Assembly (NCBI GenBank): GCA_977030845.1
Contig: OZ365111.1
Coordinates: 11,780,001 to 11,844,000, forward strand
Direction of reading: 5' to 3'
Origin: Fimbriosthenelais zetlandica
Lineage: Eukaryota
Length of the DNA stretch: 64,000 bases
The notes under the pieces were generated by a model. The model made no database searches, was not told where the DNA came from, and worked only from the letters and a program-made list of their open reading frames with translations. Both the position numbers and the translations under genes were made by a program. This document shows positions 39,040 to 52,249 of the stretch, piece by piece; the stretch's first letter is position 1, and each line of letters starts with the position of its first letter.

Positions 39040-39900
39040 GACAATGAGAAGAGGGCAAGCGATATTGAGTAAATTGCAGGAACCGGCGGTTTATCCACGG
39101 ATGACCGGGGAGAATACGATCCACCACCGTCATCTGCCATTATCACAGCTGACGTGACAGGTGTCGTGGGCCGAGTGACCGCGAGTAAATCTTTCACCCC
39201 GATCCCGCTACGATCCGCCCCGCCCTAACCCTGAACCGGCAAGCATAATGAGTTAAATTTAGATGCACACAAATCACCGGCACCTCCCTATTTGCTCAAA
39301 GAGAGACGCGGGCTTGATTGCCATATTGGACATTCAGCTAATGCCCGCTAGGCCAATCAATGGCGTTGGTGGCGGCACACGGTGAATTCATTAAGACCAT
39401 TGAGTTATCGGGGCTTTTTGAAGATTGCCCGTGTCACATGAATCAAAGCCCGCGGTCCAGCACGTATAGATGCATACATTTTACACCGTCTCCAGAAATT
39501 GACTTTGTGCCTGCCTACCTCACGCTAACCACTTAGAGATTATGATTTGCGGCCTCGTAAATTACAGTTAATGTTTCGTTAATCAATTAAGGACCACTCA
39601 ATTGTCAGTGGGAGCCACTCATGCGTGAGCACATAGGAAACCGCGGTCATTACATGTTGAGCTTTAAATAAAAATTTGTTGTCGCTTTAACGAGTTTAAA
39701 AACACATTGATCGCGGCAATGGCAACATCTCGGCATTAAATACACGATTTATTACCCTGATAAATCAAATTCCATATCATAATGCTTTGGCTTTTTCCTT
39801 TTTTAGTGCATTTCAATAAATCAAACAAATCCAATTACCATTGATTAGCGTAACTGTGATAGATAAACCATAATCCAAACGTGAAAGAATCTAGCGAATC
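39040..39900. promoter_or_regulatory. Candidate developmental enhancer or promoter island
   Basis: CpG-rich and TE-free. GC box 39215-39225; CCAAT 39353; TCF ATCAAAG 39442; posterior Hox/Cdx CTCGTAAA 39554; TAATCAATTAA 39580; NK2-like CACTTA and CACTCAA; TGATTTAT (minus) at 39760 and 39816; TGATAGAT 39857; TAATCC 39871. Confidence 0.5.
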
Positions 39901-41201
39901 GCCCAAATCCTCGATTCTGAATACAGTCCCTCTTTTCAGTAAAAGACTGCTGCTGTATTCTGCGATGTAATTGAACACGCTAAGCTCTATATTGATTGCA
40001 TCGCATGTATCAGGAACACCAAAAGCATTGCTATATCAAATATATAGGAGCATAAAGGTTGATTTACTGCCTTGCCCCCAGTCAGAGAAAGACCATTTTC
40101 ACTGAGTAAAAAAGTCTTGGAGCAGTCGGCACCGTTTCCATCATGGCGGTCAGTGGGGGTAGGTTGGAGTATTGGGTAGCGGAACCCTTTGAGATTGTTT
40201 GTGATGTACTATATGGTTATGTAGCCCTGGGGGGCTCGGTGGTCCGTCGGAGATAATGTTACTGGGACCCAGGAGGCAGTATTCTTTACCTGCTGACCCC
40301 AGACACATCTATCCTAGTCCAACACTCTCTTCCTCTGCTCTGCTCTCTTCCTCTGTCCGCCAAGCTGAAAGGGGAGAAGCAGGGGGTAGTGGACAAGGCA
40401 ATGCCAAAGGACATATTATTGTAGTCGGAATGCGTGCATGGGAGAACTATTCTATGCCACATTCCGAACGCAATACAGTAGTCAAAATCCTATAGGCTCG
40501 ACCACTCTATTTAAGTACCTTTAGAAATACTTCCACTTTTTTCTATTTGACACTGGCACTGTGGGATCGATATGGAACTGTCTATGGCAAAGAAAGAGTC
40601 TGGAATTGGAAAGGGAAATAAAAGAAAGTCTTCCCTCCGTAGAGATTGTGATAAGATGTGAATGGGACACGTGCCCAGATTGGCAGAAAATAACTTTTAT
40701 CTCCCGAGCCTGATTTTCAAAAGGGATTAAAGCCAAACCTTCCCTATCTTTTCTCATTGCCTTTTTTGTTGCTCATCGGTCGCTCCATTTCCATTGTGGA
40801 GGGGACTGAGATGGGCGTGGAATTAACACATCTCTTGTGTAGCAGCCTGATGATGACCCGCCAAGCTATGATGACCCTGATCTGGATCTTGTGTAGTAGC
40901 CAGATTGGCATCGCCCAGTGATTCATTACCATGTTTATTTGGGAGGGCTTCTAGGATGAGGGGGCGTCCACCGGTAGGCGGAGAAGGTGTCATGGCTGCT
41001 GTAATTAATCTCCAAGTCTCACGCTGTGAAAACATAACCTGTCAAATTACATGTACACGAGGCCTGACATCTATACGAAATGGAGACATTGACACCTCAC
41101 CATGATCTACATCTGTTATGCCCCTGGGTTATTACATGGGTAACCTCCCACATAAAGTACCTTCATTTACCCACATAAAGTTCTACCCACCTTATTACAT
41201 A

Positions 41202-41344
41202 AAGTAGCCCACATTATTTTATTTTATTTTTTTTTTTTTTTTTTACATTTGAGACGATAACTACAGTTTTATTCACTTACAGTCATAAGAGTTTCATAAG
41301 TGGAATTAAGAGTATTCTTCCGTCTATAAGTAGCCCACATTATT
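41202..41344 (-). mobile_element. 109-bp 5'-truncated retro-insertion with polyA tail and 17-bp TSD
   Basis: AAGTAGCCCACATTATT at 41202-41218 and 41328-41344 flank an insert whose minus strand carries AATAAA about 25 nt before a polyA run. Confidence 0.85.
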
Positions 41345-42889
41345 ACGTAACCTCCCCCCCCCCCCCATTTATTACACAAAGACTATTATACACTCCCTTA
41401 CCCTCTCTATTATACATACAAGTAGGTTCCATAGATTCCCCAGAGTCGGCTCACAACTCCTCTGCAGTTTTTATCAATGCTTTTTATTGACTTAAAATAA
41501 CATTAGGTCTATTGGATCCTCAAGGTAACCTCCCTAAGCCAGGTGTATTACATGGGCATGCACAGCTAACACTTGCTCGAATAGACCCCAAATATTTAGT
41601 CAGTGAGTTGCTCCTATGTCAAACACTAGATTCCTGACAGTAGCATTAAAGGAATTCATAAGCTGATTGTTCCAATTCTTGGACACAAAAGAATAGCCAT
41701 GTAACATACATGAGTCATTTGTGATTTTAATTTTCTTTCTATGCCTTATGGGATACAGTTCATTATCCTTTATGCAGATTCCGATCATTCTATTTGGGAA
41801 CAGTCACAGCTTACATGAAATGAAAAGTGTGATGTCCAATCATAATCACTCATAGGATTGACTGTCATTACCAGCAGGACTCCTATGAATCAGCACTCTC
41901 ATTTTTTTAGGCTCCAATAACCGAGCAGTATTTGCATATGCCTCAGGCAAGTGCTTCTGACCCAGTATCTCTCTGGCTTAGAGCAATTCCAGGTTCCCTC
42001 TTCTGAAAGGCCCCTCACTCTAACATTGAACTGAATGTTCTGAACTGAAAGATAAATATGTTTTTCTGAATCTTTCTTAAATATAGACATATGCTATACT
42101 AGATCATAATTTTGGCATCACTTGTTAAGCTCCCTGAAGCTACTACATTATACTGCGAAGTAAAATTTGGATATTAGCAAGGATTGGAATGCTTTGGTTT
42201 TATAGCATTTAAAATGTGAAGGTCAGCTTTAACTTGGGGTAAACAGGCTGTTCTGGCAGAGCCTATACTCCTGGGTCAAACCAACTCCAAACCACTCGTG
42301 CTATGTGGCTAATCTAGAGCTATACAGAAGCAGTGCTAGTGCCTATGCTGTCTGTACTAATCGTGGAGCTGCTCCCCAAGCCTTACATGAGCCCGTTGTG
42401 TCGTGCTCGGAAAATGCCTTGACCTACATTCCAGCCTCAGGGGTCATGGAAGGCAGGAATCGACTGGCAGGGGTTCCGCAGTACTAGAAAGAGTCAATCT
42501 CTGCCTCCACTTTTTTTCATAGTGTGTGATGACAAGCGTGGGGTGTCATTGTCACAAGGCGAAGACTTCAGTGGAAGGAGATTGTCATGTTTCTTTTGTG
42601 AATATTCAACAACTCGGAGAAAATTATTGAGCTGCAGTCAAGGGTGCTGCAGAAAGGGAAGAAGAATGGCGTGAAAATGTAGGCCATCATTGAAAATAGC
42701 CTCCTCCTGGATTGGAGTCACTTTTTAACAAATCATTAAGAGTTCTTGCCTGAAATGGTGGGCAACTCAGAAAATTGCAGCAACCAATTTGAAGCTTTTT
42801 ATACTGGAATCTTGTCAATCACTTCCATTTAGTTTTGATTATTTCTAATGAATTAAAAAATGGGTTAATTATTGAAACGGACAATTTGT

Positions 42890-42912
42890 AAAAAAAAAAA
42901 AAAAAAAAAAAA
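42890..42912 (+). repeat. Poly-A run (23 nt)
   Basis: Direct reading; ATTAAA lies upstream at ~42852; no TSD seen. Confidence 0.95.
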
Positions 42913-43679
42913 TGTTATGTGACAATGGGAGTGAATGATGCTATGCATACCCAATCAATTTTTGAGCAAATGAGCCTGACAGAGTGAAAGATTGAGGACA
43001 TGTGGAAGACCTCGGACTCTCCTTTATACTTGGTTTCCTTTAAATCTGACAGCAATGGATCCCTATTGAAAATGATCATGCAGCAGGTCATGTACCTCTT
43101 CTGTTATCCAATATGTCATATAGTAACATGGAACCCTATGTTTAAAGTTGCCCTCACACTAATCCGCTTCTCCTATCCATCGCCATCAAATCGCTGTCCG
43201 ATTCTATATTTCTGTTCACACCAAATGCTTGTAATTTTAACCGTCCTTTACACAGGTAAGGCTAACCACCGACACAGTTTAAATCTTGTCATTAGACATT
43301 GGACATCTTTTTTATTTCAGTCGATAGCATTGCCGATGATTTACACATTTTATGACAAATTCCCGTTGCAGTGCGGCCATAGCCACCTGCCGGACATGGC
43401 CAACATTTTTCAAGTGATGTTGGCCCAAATTCATGAATGAGTTAGAAAAATAGATGATGGATACAAACAGTTTTGGGTTTCATATCTTCTGCAGGAAACC
43501 TATATTTGTCACAGATTTGTGACAGATTTAACTATGCCTAGGTATACCATTTAGTGGCTAGAGGGAGGAATTTTTCTAGTTGTAGCAACGAGTTACTTAG
43601 TTGTTTGTACCAGATTAACAAGTGACAAACTAGAATGACATCTTATGACCATATCGTATGAACTAGTATGACTGTGTAA

Positions 43680-43960
43680 AACTTATAAGACAGCCATCAG
43701 TGATGGGGAAACCTGAGCCCCAACCATACTCAGAGTGAAGGTGACACATCCTGATGAAGATATCCCCGTGCTTATTACCTCCCGTGCCAAGTAGATCTAC
43801 ATCTTTCCATGAAAATTTCCTTATGATGTGTTTCATATTTCTTCCCTCCATACATAACATTCCACCGGAGAAACTAATTGGAAAAAGGATGATGAAAAGT
43901 AATGGTTTCATTTTTAAGTTCACATAATTAACCTGCTTAAGATTGATTGTAATTTTTAAG
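43680..43960 (-). mobile_element. Decayed L1/Tx1-type post-RT fragment
   Basis: PLLFIILFPI...IIRKFSWKD...EYGWGSGFP (ii.kFiW.gk...e.GGlg.P). Confidence 0.4.
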
Positions 43961-44766
43961 TTTTTACTTTGACAAAATCCAATATCCATTGAAATTTGGA
44001 TCAATTTTTCAAAACTTAACTAATAATTTGTATTACCTGTAATAAAAAATTAAGATTAATGATTTCCCCTCATTGCATATTAAATGTCAGTTATTAATGT
44101 CTTCGGCAATTACTGTTATGAGGTGTTATTTTTTCCATTTATTTTTTCCATGCACGTATTTCACCTCGTTCTCTGCATTTTTTACCCACTGCCTGAATGT
44201 AATATAAAAGTAATCTTTGCCGCTATATGGTCTCTCACCCATCAGCTGCTCATGTGTGAATAATAAAGGCAAAGGGCTATTTTATGGTACTCGGCATTGT
44301 CGAAGAAAAGCTTTTTCCTGACCGCATTCTGCGATGTTTTTGTCTAGTCTGTGTCTGCAGCATTGAGGACCTACTTCCGCTGACTCACAATGGTTCAACG
44401 ATAGCTGATATCCTCATTCTGCCTCTGCCACAAAAACTAGTCCGGTTTGATGTTCCATCAAAAGTGCCATAGGAAAACTCTATACAGCCCCGCTACGTGC
44501 TTATCTTATGGGCTGTAATGTGGGCTGGTCTACATCTGCTGAAGCAGTAAGCTTGTCACATTATACAGAAATGAAATGTTTTATTGGCCTCCTTTTCCCT
44601 GCTTTATTGAACACGAGCTTTCTACCTACCCACGCACCCCTCCCTGCCTGAGAAACTATAAGGCTTTTCCATGCCTCCAAATGAATGCTCTTCAAAGAAG
44701 GAACAGAAAGTCTTTGCAATTTTCTCATGGGATTATGTCTGTAGTTGTAAGATTGTAAAGCGGAAG

Positions 44767-44770
<4 letters not shown>

Positions 44771-44799
<29 letters not shown>
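44771..44799 (+). repeat. Poly-A run (29 nt)
   Basis: Direct reading. Confidence 0.95.
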
Positions 44800-44803
<4 letters not shown>

Positions 44804-46000
44804 CAAAGTAAGGTGTCAGAAGTATTTTCAATGTCGTTCGTTACACAAAAGGCCAAGATGATATGAAAGAAATATTCGCTTGGCAAATAATACTCATCAT
44901 GAGGACAATTTTTTTTTAAATATTCCATAATAACAACTTATATAACTTAAGCCTACATTGTATGAAATTTCCATTTCATTGCTATTTCATTCCAAGTATC
45001 CCAGCCCTCCTTTTTAGAATCAATGATTTAACCTGCAAAATACCTGCCTTAAATTCCATTATTTGTAATGTCTTTCATAATGAAACTATTGACCTTCTCA
45101 ACAGCTTTCATCTAGTGTTTCATGAGGCAAAACATCCTTCAAGTATTCATCATATCGCTAAGTATGAGAAACACATACCCAGGCCACTTTTTCACCACTG
45201 TTATGCCTAGTCTTCACTGACAAGTAGGCTAAGTGTATGTGAGGCCCAGGCGAGGACCCCATCTGGACCTCGACCCACACCCTGTAACACGTTTTCTCCT
45301 GATCCGACAACCATAAACAACTTCACAAAATCTCCTCCTCACAAGAAACAGCTTCCAGAATATCCATCTCCCAACATCTATCAGACTTCTCTATAAGCAT
45401 TGTCACATATCTAACGGAACAAGACTTGGATTTTTCCCCCTTGAAAAATCGATATAGATTGCTAACATAGTACCTATGACGCCGGCAACGGTATATAAGA
45501 TGTCCCTCTTTGAAATGATAGGGCCTCAAATTGATATAGATTTCACATGGCGATCAGAGTGAGTTATGAGGGATAAAAAGATCTGACACGTAATGCCTAA
45601 CCTCATTAGCTTGCCTCATCCGATATGATTATTTTCATAATCACTGGGACAATGGAAAATGAGATATCGTCCGGCAAAGGCCTATAGCTTTTATTTCCTT
45701 CTGGTTGAGTTGTGTTGTGAAGAATAAAGCTGTGTTCAATAGTGTTGGGTAATCAAGCACTTATCCACCATTCGATTGGAGCTCGTGCTCGAACTATTGG
45801 ATCTAACGGCGTATATATACAGACACTCGATTATTTCCACTCGCCTTTGATACCATTCGATTCAGTAAAGAATGCCGCCAAAATCCAATCCTTTCCAATG
45901 TGTGCACATTCAATTTCTAAATGCACAGCATTTGGCAATTGATTCAGCAAGCACAGGATCAACATATATATGAACCATGCAGCTTGGATTCCTCATTTCC

Positions 46001-46131
46001 AGGGCCGGATCCAGGATCTTGGAAAGGGATGGGAAGTCAGGGGGTAAGAACATCATTCCCGAAAGAGGGGGGGGGGGGGTGCATGTTCCTGACCCCCAGA
46101 CACCCCCAAACCCCATCCTCGATCTACCCCT
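46001..46131. mobile_element. 131-bp MITE with G-rich terminal inverted repeats (PIF/Harbinger-like)
   Basis: Left AGGGCCGGATCCAGG; reverse complement of right end AGGGGTAGATCGAGG; internal G-run. No TSD visible. Confidence 0.6.
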
Positions 46132-47639
46132 AATTTCATCTATATTATATTATATATTTCTATTCCGTTGCACTCAGCTCTTTCCTCGAATTATATTCCA
46201 TTCCCCGATTGAATCTGGTAATTCCAACCATACAGTAACGGGAGAGCTCCACGAATCTATGACTAGACGCAGCTTATCTGAGGTATGGATTATAGACGTA
46301 TTTACATTTTTGTTTCATATTAGCAAATCCTCTAATAGAAGTGTCATATCTAATTATGGCCCCGTGGGAAAGTTATACCAGATGATTAGAAAATATCTCT
46401 GGGAATTTATCACTGAGTTTTATATTTCTAAGGATCGAAGACAGATGGTATCACACATGTGGCGGGCATGGAGCAGAGAGCTCCGTGTATCAGAAAGAGC
46501 AGTATATATGTTTGCACCCTAGGGGGGAGAGGAGAAGCCAAGGAGCCTGAGCTAAGTGTGTAGTACTGGCATCAAGTATGCCAGGTACTTCCATCCGATG
46601 AATTTATAAAGAAGAAGAAGAGTAAGGCCAGGCATGCATCACTGGTAGTAAATGCATTAAAAATACCCTATGGCATGTCTATAGCAGAAGAACGTGAGAA
46701 TCTTGTTTATTCATTTGAATTGACATTGAAGGAAGATGCCAAAGGCAGCACATGTACAGCTGGGATAGATGTTGTAGGCCACACATCTCCTTGCTACATA
46801 CCACGTTTCAGATAAGGTGAGGGGATCAATTGATTATATATCACATCGCCATAAATTCGTGTCAGAATTGGTGTAATGTACAACAGCCATAGGGTATGCC
46901 CTCACTGTAAGGATTTATCACCCTTCCTTGTAAGATCCCATCGATACATCATCTCCCTAGGGCACTCGCCAGACCATGCCCCACACACCTCAAGCCATAT
47001 AGATTTATGATTTTGCAGTACATAAACATTTATGATTCCGATAGCGAATCCATGCAGTTCGTTTTGCATCGAACGAAAGTTAAAGCACGAGTCGAAAACC
47101 ACATTACTTAATTCGGAACTTCTAACAATGTACTGGTAGCTTTAAATGACTTAGAAGAACTAAATCAGTTTTTATTAGCTTTGCTCCTAGATACCAGCGT
47201 TCCATTTTCTTTTACATCGCCATTTGCATGGGTGAAAAGAGAAGAAAGGCACAGTGTTCAGGAAACGCAGCCTCCCCAATGATTGTGTAAAGAATCATGA
47301 AATCTAATACCGGCAAGACGGAAGAGGATGACGTAGAAACAGGCACGTGCTTGGCAGAAGCCATGCAGGGAGGCATTAGAAGCCATGTCTGAAACCACTG
47401 CTGGGAAGCTTTCTGCAAACCCATTGAAGAAACCAGTTAAACGATTGGCACCAGCTAGAGAGATAGAGAGAGAAAGCATCCCAGCAGTCACACAGCAATT
47501 AACACACTTACTGCAGATACCCGCTGTGTTATGGTCATGTCATATTGATCGTTATTCCCCTCTTATAACATCCCAACCGAGGCCACGGTGCACAGCAATG
47601 GTACAAGGATGAATTCATAATGATTATCATGAGCTTTGT

Positions 47640-47860
47640 CACCGAAGAATGCATCCTCCCGACGGGTGAACAGTCGTGCAGTTTTTATTTCACACCGAAA
47701 GGCAAAGATAAAGGCCTGACTTACAATATAGGCACATGCACCCTAGATCGAATATCTGCCATAGGAGTAATGGTTATGCAGTTTTTTTTTTACAATTACA
47801 CCAAGCAGCCCTTGTATGGCATGCAATATCACTGGGTACGATGCTGCTTTTGGCAGCTCC
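47640..47860 (+). mobile_element. Decayed LINE RT N-terminal fragment
   Basis: ILPTGEQSCSFYFTPKGKDKGLTYN...LYGMQY (fP..wk.a.v.pipKg.d...NY...QyG). Confidence 0.35.
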
Positions 47861-49299
47861 AAAAAGAAGGTAGACCTTCAATGTGACATATTAACGTCGG
47901 CATGATGTATGGATATATATAATCCATGCCTAATATGGATGAATATATATCATGGAAGCTATAGGTTCTTCATAACACCAAAGGCAGCTCAAGGTCTTGT
48001 TCTGCACAAAGTTTAGATGATCGATTCCACTTTGGCTTCTTTAATACGACTAAAAACATTCTGGCATCTAAACACTTGAGAAATGTTGAAGAGTTTATTC
48101 AAGGGGATTGATTTGAGTCATGTACAACCTTGGCCTCTTGAAGGAGCTTAACCCCGAGCGCTTACAGAAAGCAGAAACAAAGAATGTCATCAAGCATGTA
48201 ACGCTGGCCTTGGGGCAGGTTGAAGCAACTTAAGGATGACGTGGATGTATTAGCAACAGGCATGTCTAGGGTGTGTAACCAACAGGGTTGCATCATTGCT
48301 CCGGGTGGCCTTGTGTTGCTACCATTTCCTTGTAATTACCTTGATGAGACTATTGCAGTTCTTGGGCGGGGCGCCTCAAGGTAATTGGTCCCTTCAGAAC
48401 ACCAAAGGTCCTCCTGGGTCCAGCTGGTAGTGGGCTGTTTGCCCTTACAACCGCCACTAGGTTTGTGAGTTAAAAAGTTACCTTATTAATAGTGATGTCA
48501 AGATCGATGGGATCCTTGTTTCTTCTTCTACCTGCAGCCATAGTGATTACAATCTTGTTGAAACCTGAAACAATGATAAATTGCAAGGATGGATGCTTGG
48601 ATGATGCAGTTAATCAGTCTGATAAGACCTGAAATTATTGGTTCTTGTGAAGATCGCATCTGATAACCTTTACAAATCTTAAGCACATTTGAATTAACGC
48701 TTACCTAACTTCAATCAATATCTTTAAACTGCTGGTTTTCTGTTTAAGACATCATAGATATACATCAATAAGGACACTTGCCTGTTCATAGGAAACCATC
48801 ATTTATATCTATAAGCTAGTAAATTATTGGTATTGCCTTCATTTATTGCGATGAAAGGATGCAACAGAGGTACTTATTCCAGTATCGCTTAATCCGAAGT
48901 CCAGGTACACCCTATACTTAATTCTCCACCAAGGATTAACCCATATCCTCAAGGCCTAGTGATAACTAATCTTCACAAATGGACTCTGCTGTCCTTGAGT
49001 GTAAAAATAGGGCCAACACGGGTTAATACCTTTGATGTGTTTTGACAGGGGCCTTGCCCATATCATATATCATCTTATTTCAATAAGAGTAAATATATTA
49101 CAATCAAGAAATGCAATAACAAAGATATAAACCGTCATCATCAGAAGCTTAAATATATACTTGACAATTCCTGTCAGTACCTGTTTCCATATCTTTCTGC
49201 ACACTCGTGGAAATCAACTGTTATAACAGTAGGACTAGAGATTTTTCTCTAAATGCACTATCAGTGTTTGGCTCTTGAAAGATCTCACAAAGGTAGATC

Positions 49300-49620
49300 A
49301 CTTACTGAAGAAACATTGCTTTCCCTGGGGGAGACCTACATGAAGCAGGACCAGTGTTACCTCCTAAGAGGAGCGGCCAGGCGCTGATCTTGGCTGAAAG
49401 AGCAGGATTCCAGGCTGTCAGAGCATGATAGAGCACCCCGCGGGCCTGTCACTAGCATCAGAAAGCCCGAGAAGTTCCTCCAAATCCCACAGCCCTTTGT
49501 TCCCAACCTGCCTACTTTGCTGTGGGAAAGCCTATGGCTGCTCGCCCGAAATGTCAGGTTGTTATAATAAAGATCCCTTCCTGAACATGAAAGCTCTGCC
49601 CCATTGGATATCACTGGGCT
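49300..49620 (-). mobile_element. Decayed CR1/L2-type RT core
   Basis: TFRASSHRLSHSKVGRLGTKGCGIWRNFSGFL (DF.kAFD.vsH..Ll.kL...Gi.g...sFL), then VGLPQG after a frameshift. Confidence 0.55.
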
Positions 49621-50399
49621 AAATGGGAGGTAACTTTAGGTCTGGCTAGTTTCAGATCCCTGAGTCATGTGCGTGGACTTTGACAATCTCTGATAGGATT
49701 TAAACCCGCTGAGATATTGTAATAAAATATAGCCACCTTACTGGTGAATGTTTATTCGCGAGAGGACCGAATTATACCGAATGAATAAAAAAATACTTGT
49801 TAAAGAACCATGTCTTATTATAATGGACCTCTTCAACTCATCTCTTTCCTGTCGACAAGATTGATGACCCCATCATAAAGCTGATTCATAAGGGCCTACC
49901 TCAGTGCTGGGTTGAGGGGGAAAAGGGGTGGGAAGAAGCCATTGAGTAGATACTGTCAAAATGTGAATGCCTTCGTATATATAGCTACAAGGAAGAAAGA
50001 AATTAACTTCTCACAGCCATGAAAGGATCTATAGGTAGAGGGTAAGAAATGGTAGGCTCTAGCACCTGCTCCCTTTCACTTTCATTATGTATGTTATCGG
50101 TGGTAGGATCCTTTCTTCTTTGAGGTACAACACACAACTAAACCCAAAGTGACCCCTCCTCGTGTTGGACAGTCGATTGCCAGGTCATTTGAAGTTGGCA
50201 ACATAAAGGGCGGCAGCACCAAGAGAGAGGGGTGGGGGGCTGGAAGAGTGTGGGGAAAAGAAAGGTACATAGAGACAGGTTGTCATGGTTTTATGGGATT
50301 TAGGACAGGTGATGGTGGCATGTAATGGCAGGCTCAATTCTCTGTAAAAGTCTCTCTCCGTGGAAGGTGAGACTATATGCTAAGACATCTTGATTAAAA

Positions 50400-51620
50400 C
50401 TCTGTATGGTCGCCCAGCAGAGACTGTCATCTCCCTTGGGACACATATCGAGCAGTGATCGAGCAGCATTGACACAAGCCCAAGCCCACCTCCCCCAACC
50501 TTCAACTTCAATAATCCTTCTCCCAGTAACAAGTTTCGCGGCCAGCTCTGTATTGCCGCGGTGAAAGAAAGTGGTTGAGAGTCGCAGCTAACCAGGGATC
50601 CAATCGCTGAATATAGATCACCCATTCCTGATGTGTCTCACTGCCGCCTTTTGCTCCCTAGAGCAGTGCTATGATGGCTACATTGGTGTGACACTCAATC
50701 GTTAACCACCTCCTACTTTCTTTTAAATTCCTCTGGCAGGTGGTGATAACCATAAAGAACTAGAACAATGCATTACAACCTCCTCCTCCGCACAGGGATT
50801 TGGGGCAAAAAAAAGAGCTCTACTTTCCATTAAGAGTCTCCTGTCCATTGACTTTGATATATATAATGCATCGCAATGTGCTAGCAGAAATGGGGATAGT
50901 TTGACTGGAGGCAGCAAACAAGTGAGGCCAGGAAGGAGATTTCTCTGGTGAAACTTTGTTAGCGTAGGATGACTCTAATGGTGATTTTCTCTGGGTGGAG
51001 AGCACCACTCGGCTATCCTGCAGTAACGAATCTGACTAATGCTACAGCTACCATCAAGTCCCAACTTACACAGCAAACAAACGACACATGCAGCTCCCAC
51101 CTTAAATGTATCCAATAAAAACCGTAAAACACACATTCTACACAACTACCCACGGAGATCATTGAACTACAAACTGGCTTTTCTTCCCCGACTTGAAAAA
51201 GCTGCAAATGGTCGCTATGCGTGCCAACTTGGTATTGGCTTATTCACTTCATTCTGCTGGGAAGAGGAAGAAGTTCTGACATTGTGCCTTTAATCTCTCA
51301 GTTTCCTTTTCCTCTCTGACTGGAGAACAAAACAAAGTAACTTCTTGCCCCACTTCAGCATTCAAAATGTACCTTAGCTCGGCTCCAAGATGAGCTCGGG
51401 ATTATATTATACAGAACTGACGGTTACAATTGGGCATTTGACATCCTGGCAATTTGGACGATGTTTTTAGGTTGAACCTGAAATCGTGCCTGGAAAGATG
51501 AATCGTAGTTTGAGTGCAGAAAGGGGTCTTTCTTCCAGAAAGTTATAATTCTCCCAAACTCGAAAGAAATGTAACAACATCCCTCAACTCTTCTGAAGTA
51601 TAAACTGGACACTTAGAATT
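50400..51620 (-). mobile_element. Decayed L1/Tx1-type RT
   Basis: IITFWKKD...NY, KNIVQIARM, LSPFLL, LFFAPN (FADD-like), GGGLGL in order. Confidence 0.4.
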
Positions 51621-52249
51621 CAAACGCTTCAATCAGATCAGGTCGTCCCAATGTAATTGCACTGAAAGGTTTCAACCACGACCTCCCGAAGTGACATAGA
51701 CACAGAGGCTTCCCTGGAAGCCATATGGAAAGCCACATAAATATAGCAGAATGGATGCATGCTTCTATATGGAGAAGAATTCCATGTCTCTCATAAGGGA
51801 AGGCCTTTGAGGCATCTCTCTCGCCAGTGAGAGATCATTTAATTCCTGTTTGTGCAGTTCGATCTCTGCATCCTTTTACTTCAGTATAATTGACAATCAT
51901 ATACATATACATTTCACATGATGGGGGATAAGAGTTCGGAAAGGAATAGGCAATCTAGTCTTATCTACCCTCATTTAAATCTAGACAACTGGAGAATAGA
52001 AAAACAAACTACTAAAATTACAATGGTCGATCACCTTCCATGTCTTCACTCTTTCATTTATTGGACATATCAGAAAAGTAGTTGACTAATTATGAACAGG
52101 AACAATGCAGCAAGTACACCTAACTATGGCTAATTACTGACAAAATTACAAGCATTGGGTGTGACTAGAAATATAGTTTCGCACAGCTATCGCTTGGACA
52201 ATCGCCTGTATGAGGGCCCGGCATTAGTGTATTACGCTTAACACCCAGT

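Noticed and set aside
39080-39110. PAVYPRM resembling a Hox YPWM hexapeptide
   Set aside because: The invariant W is R, the frame is short and closed, and no homeobox is present in the window.
43000-43440. 146-aa + strand ORF
   Set aside because: No recognisable motif; hydrophobic/Cys-rich composition typical of chance ORFs in AT-rich DNA.
44700-44820. Poly-A run as a retro-insertion with TSD
   Set aside because: Only a 7-nt AAAGTCT match; no convincing duplication or polyA signal.
45977-46522. Longest ORF in the track (181 aa)
   Set aside because: It runs through a G-rich MITE into AT-rich DNA, has no domain or splice support and uses a random-looking composition.
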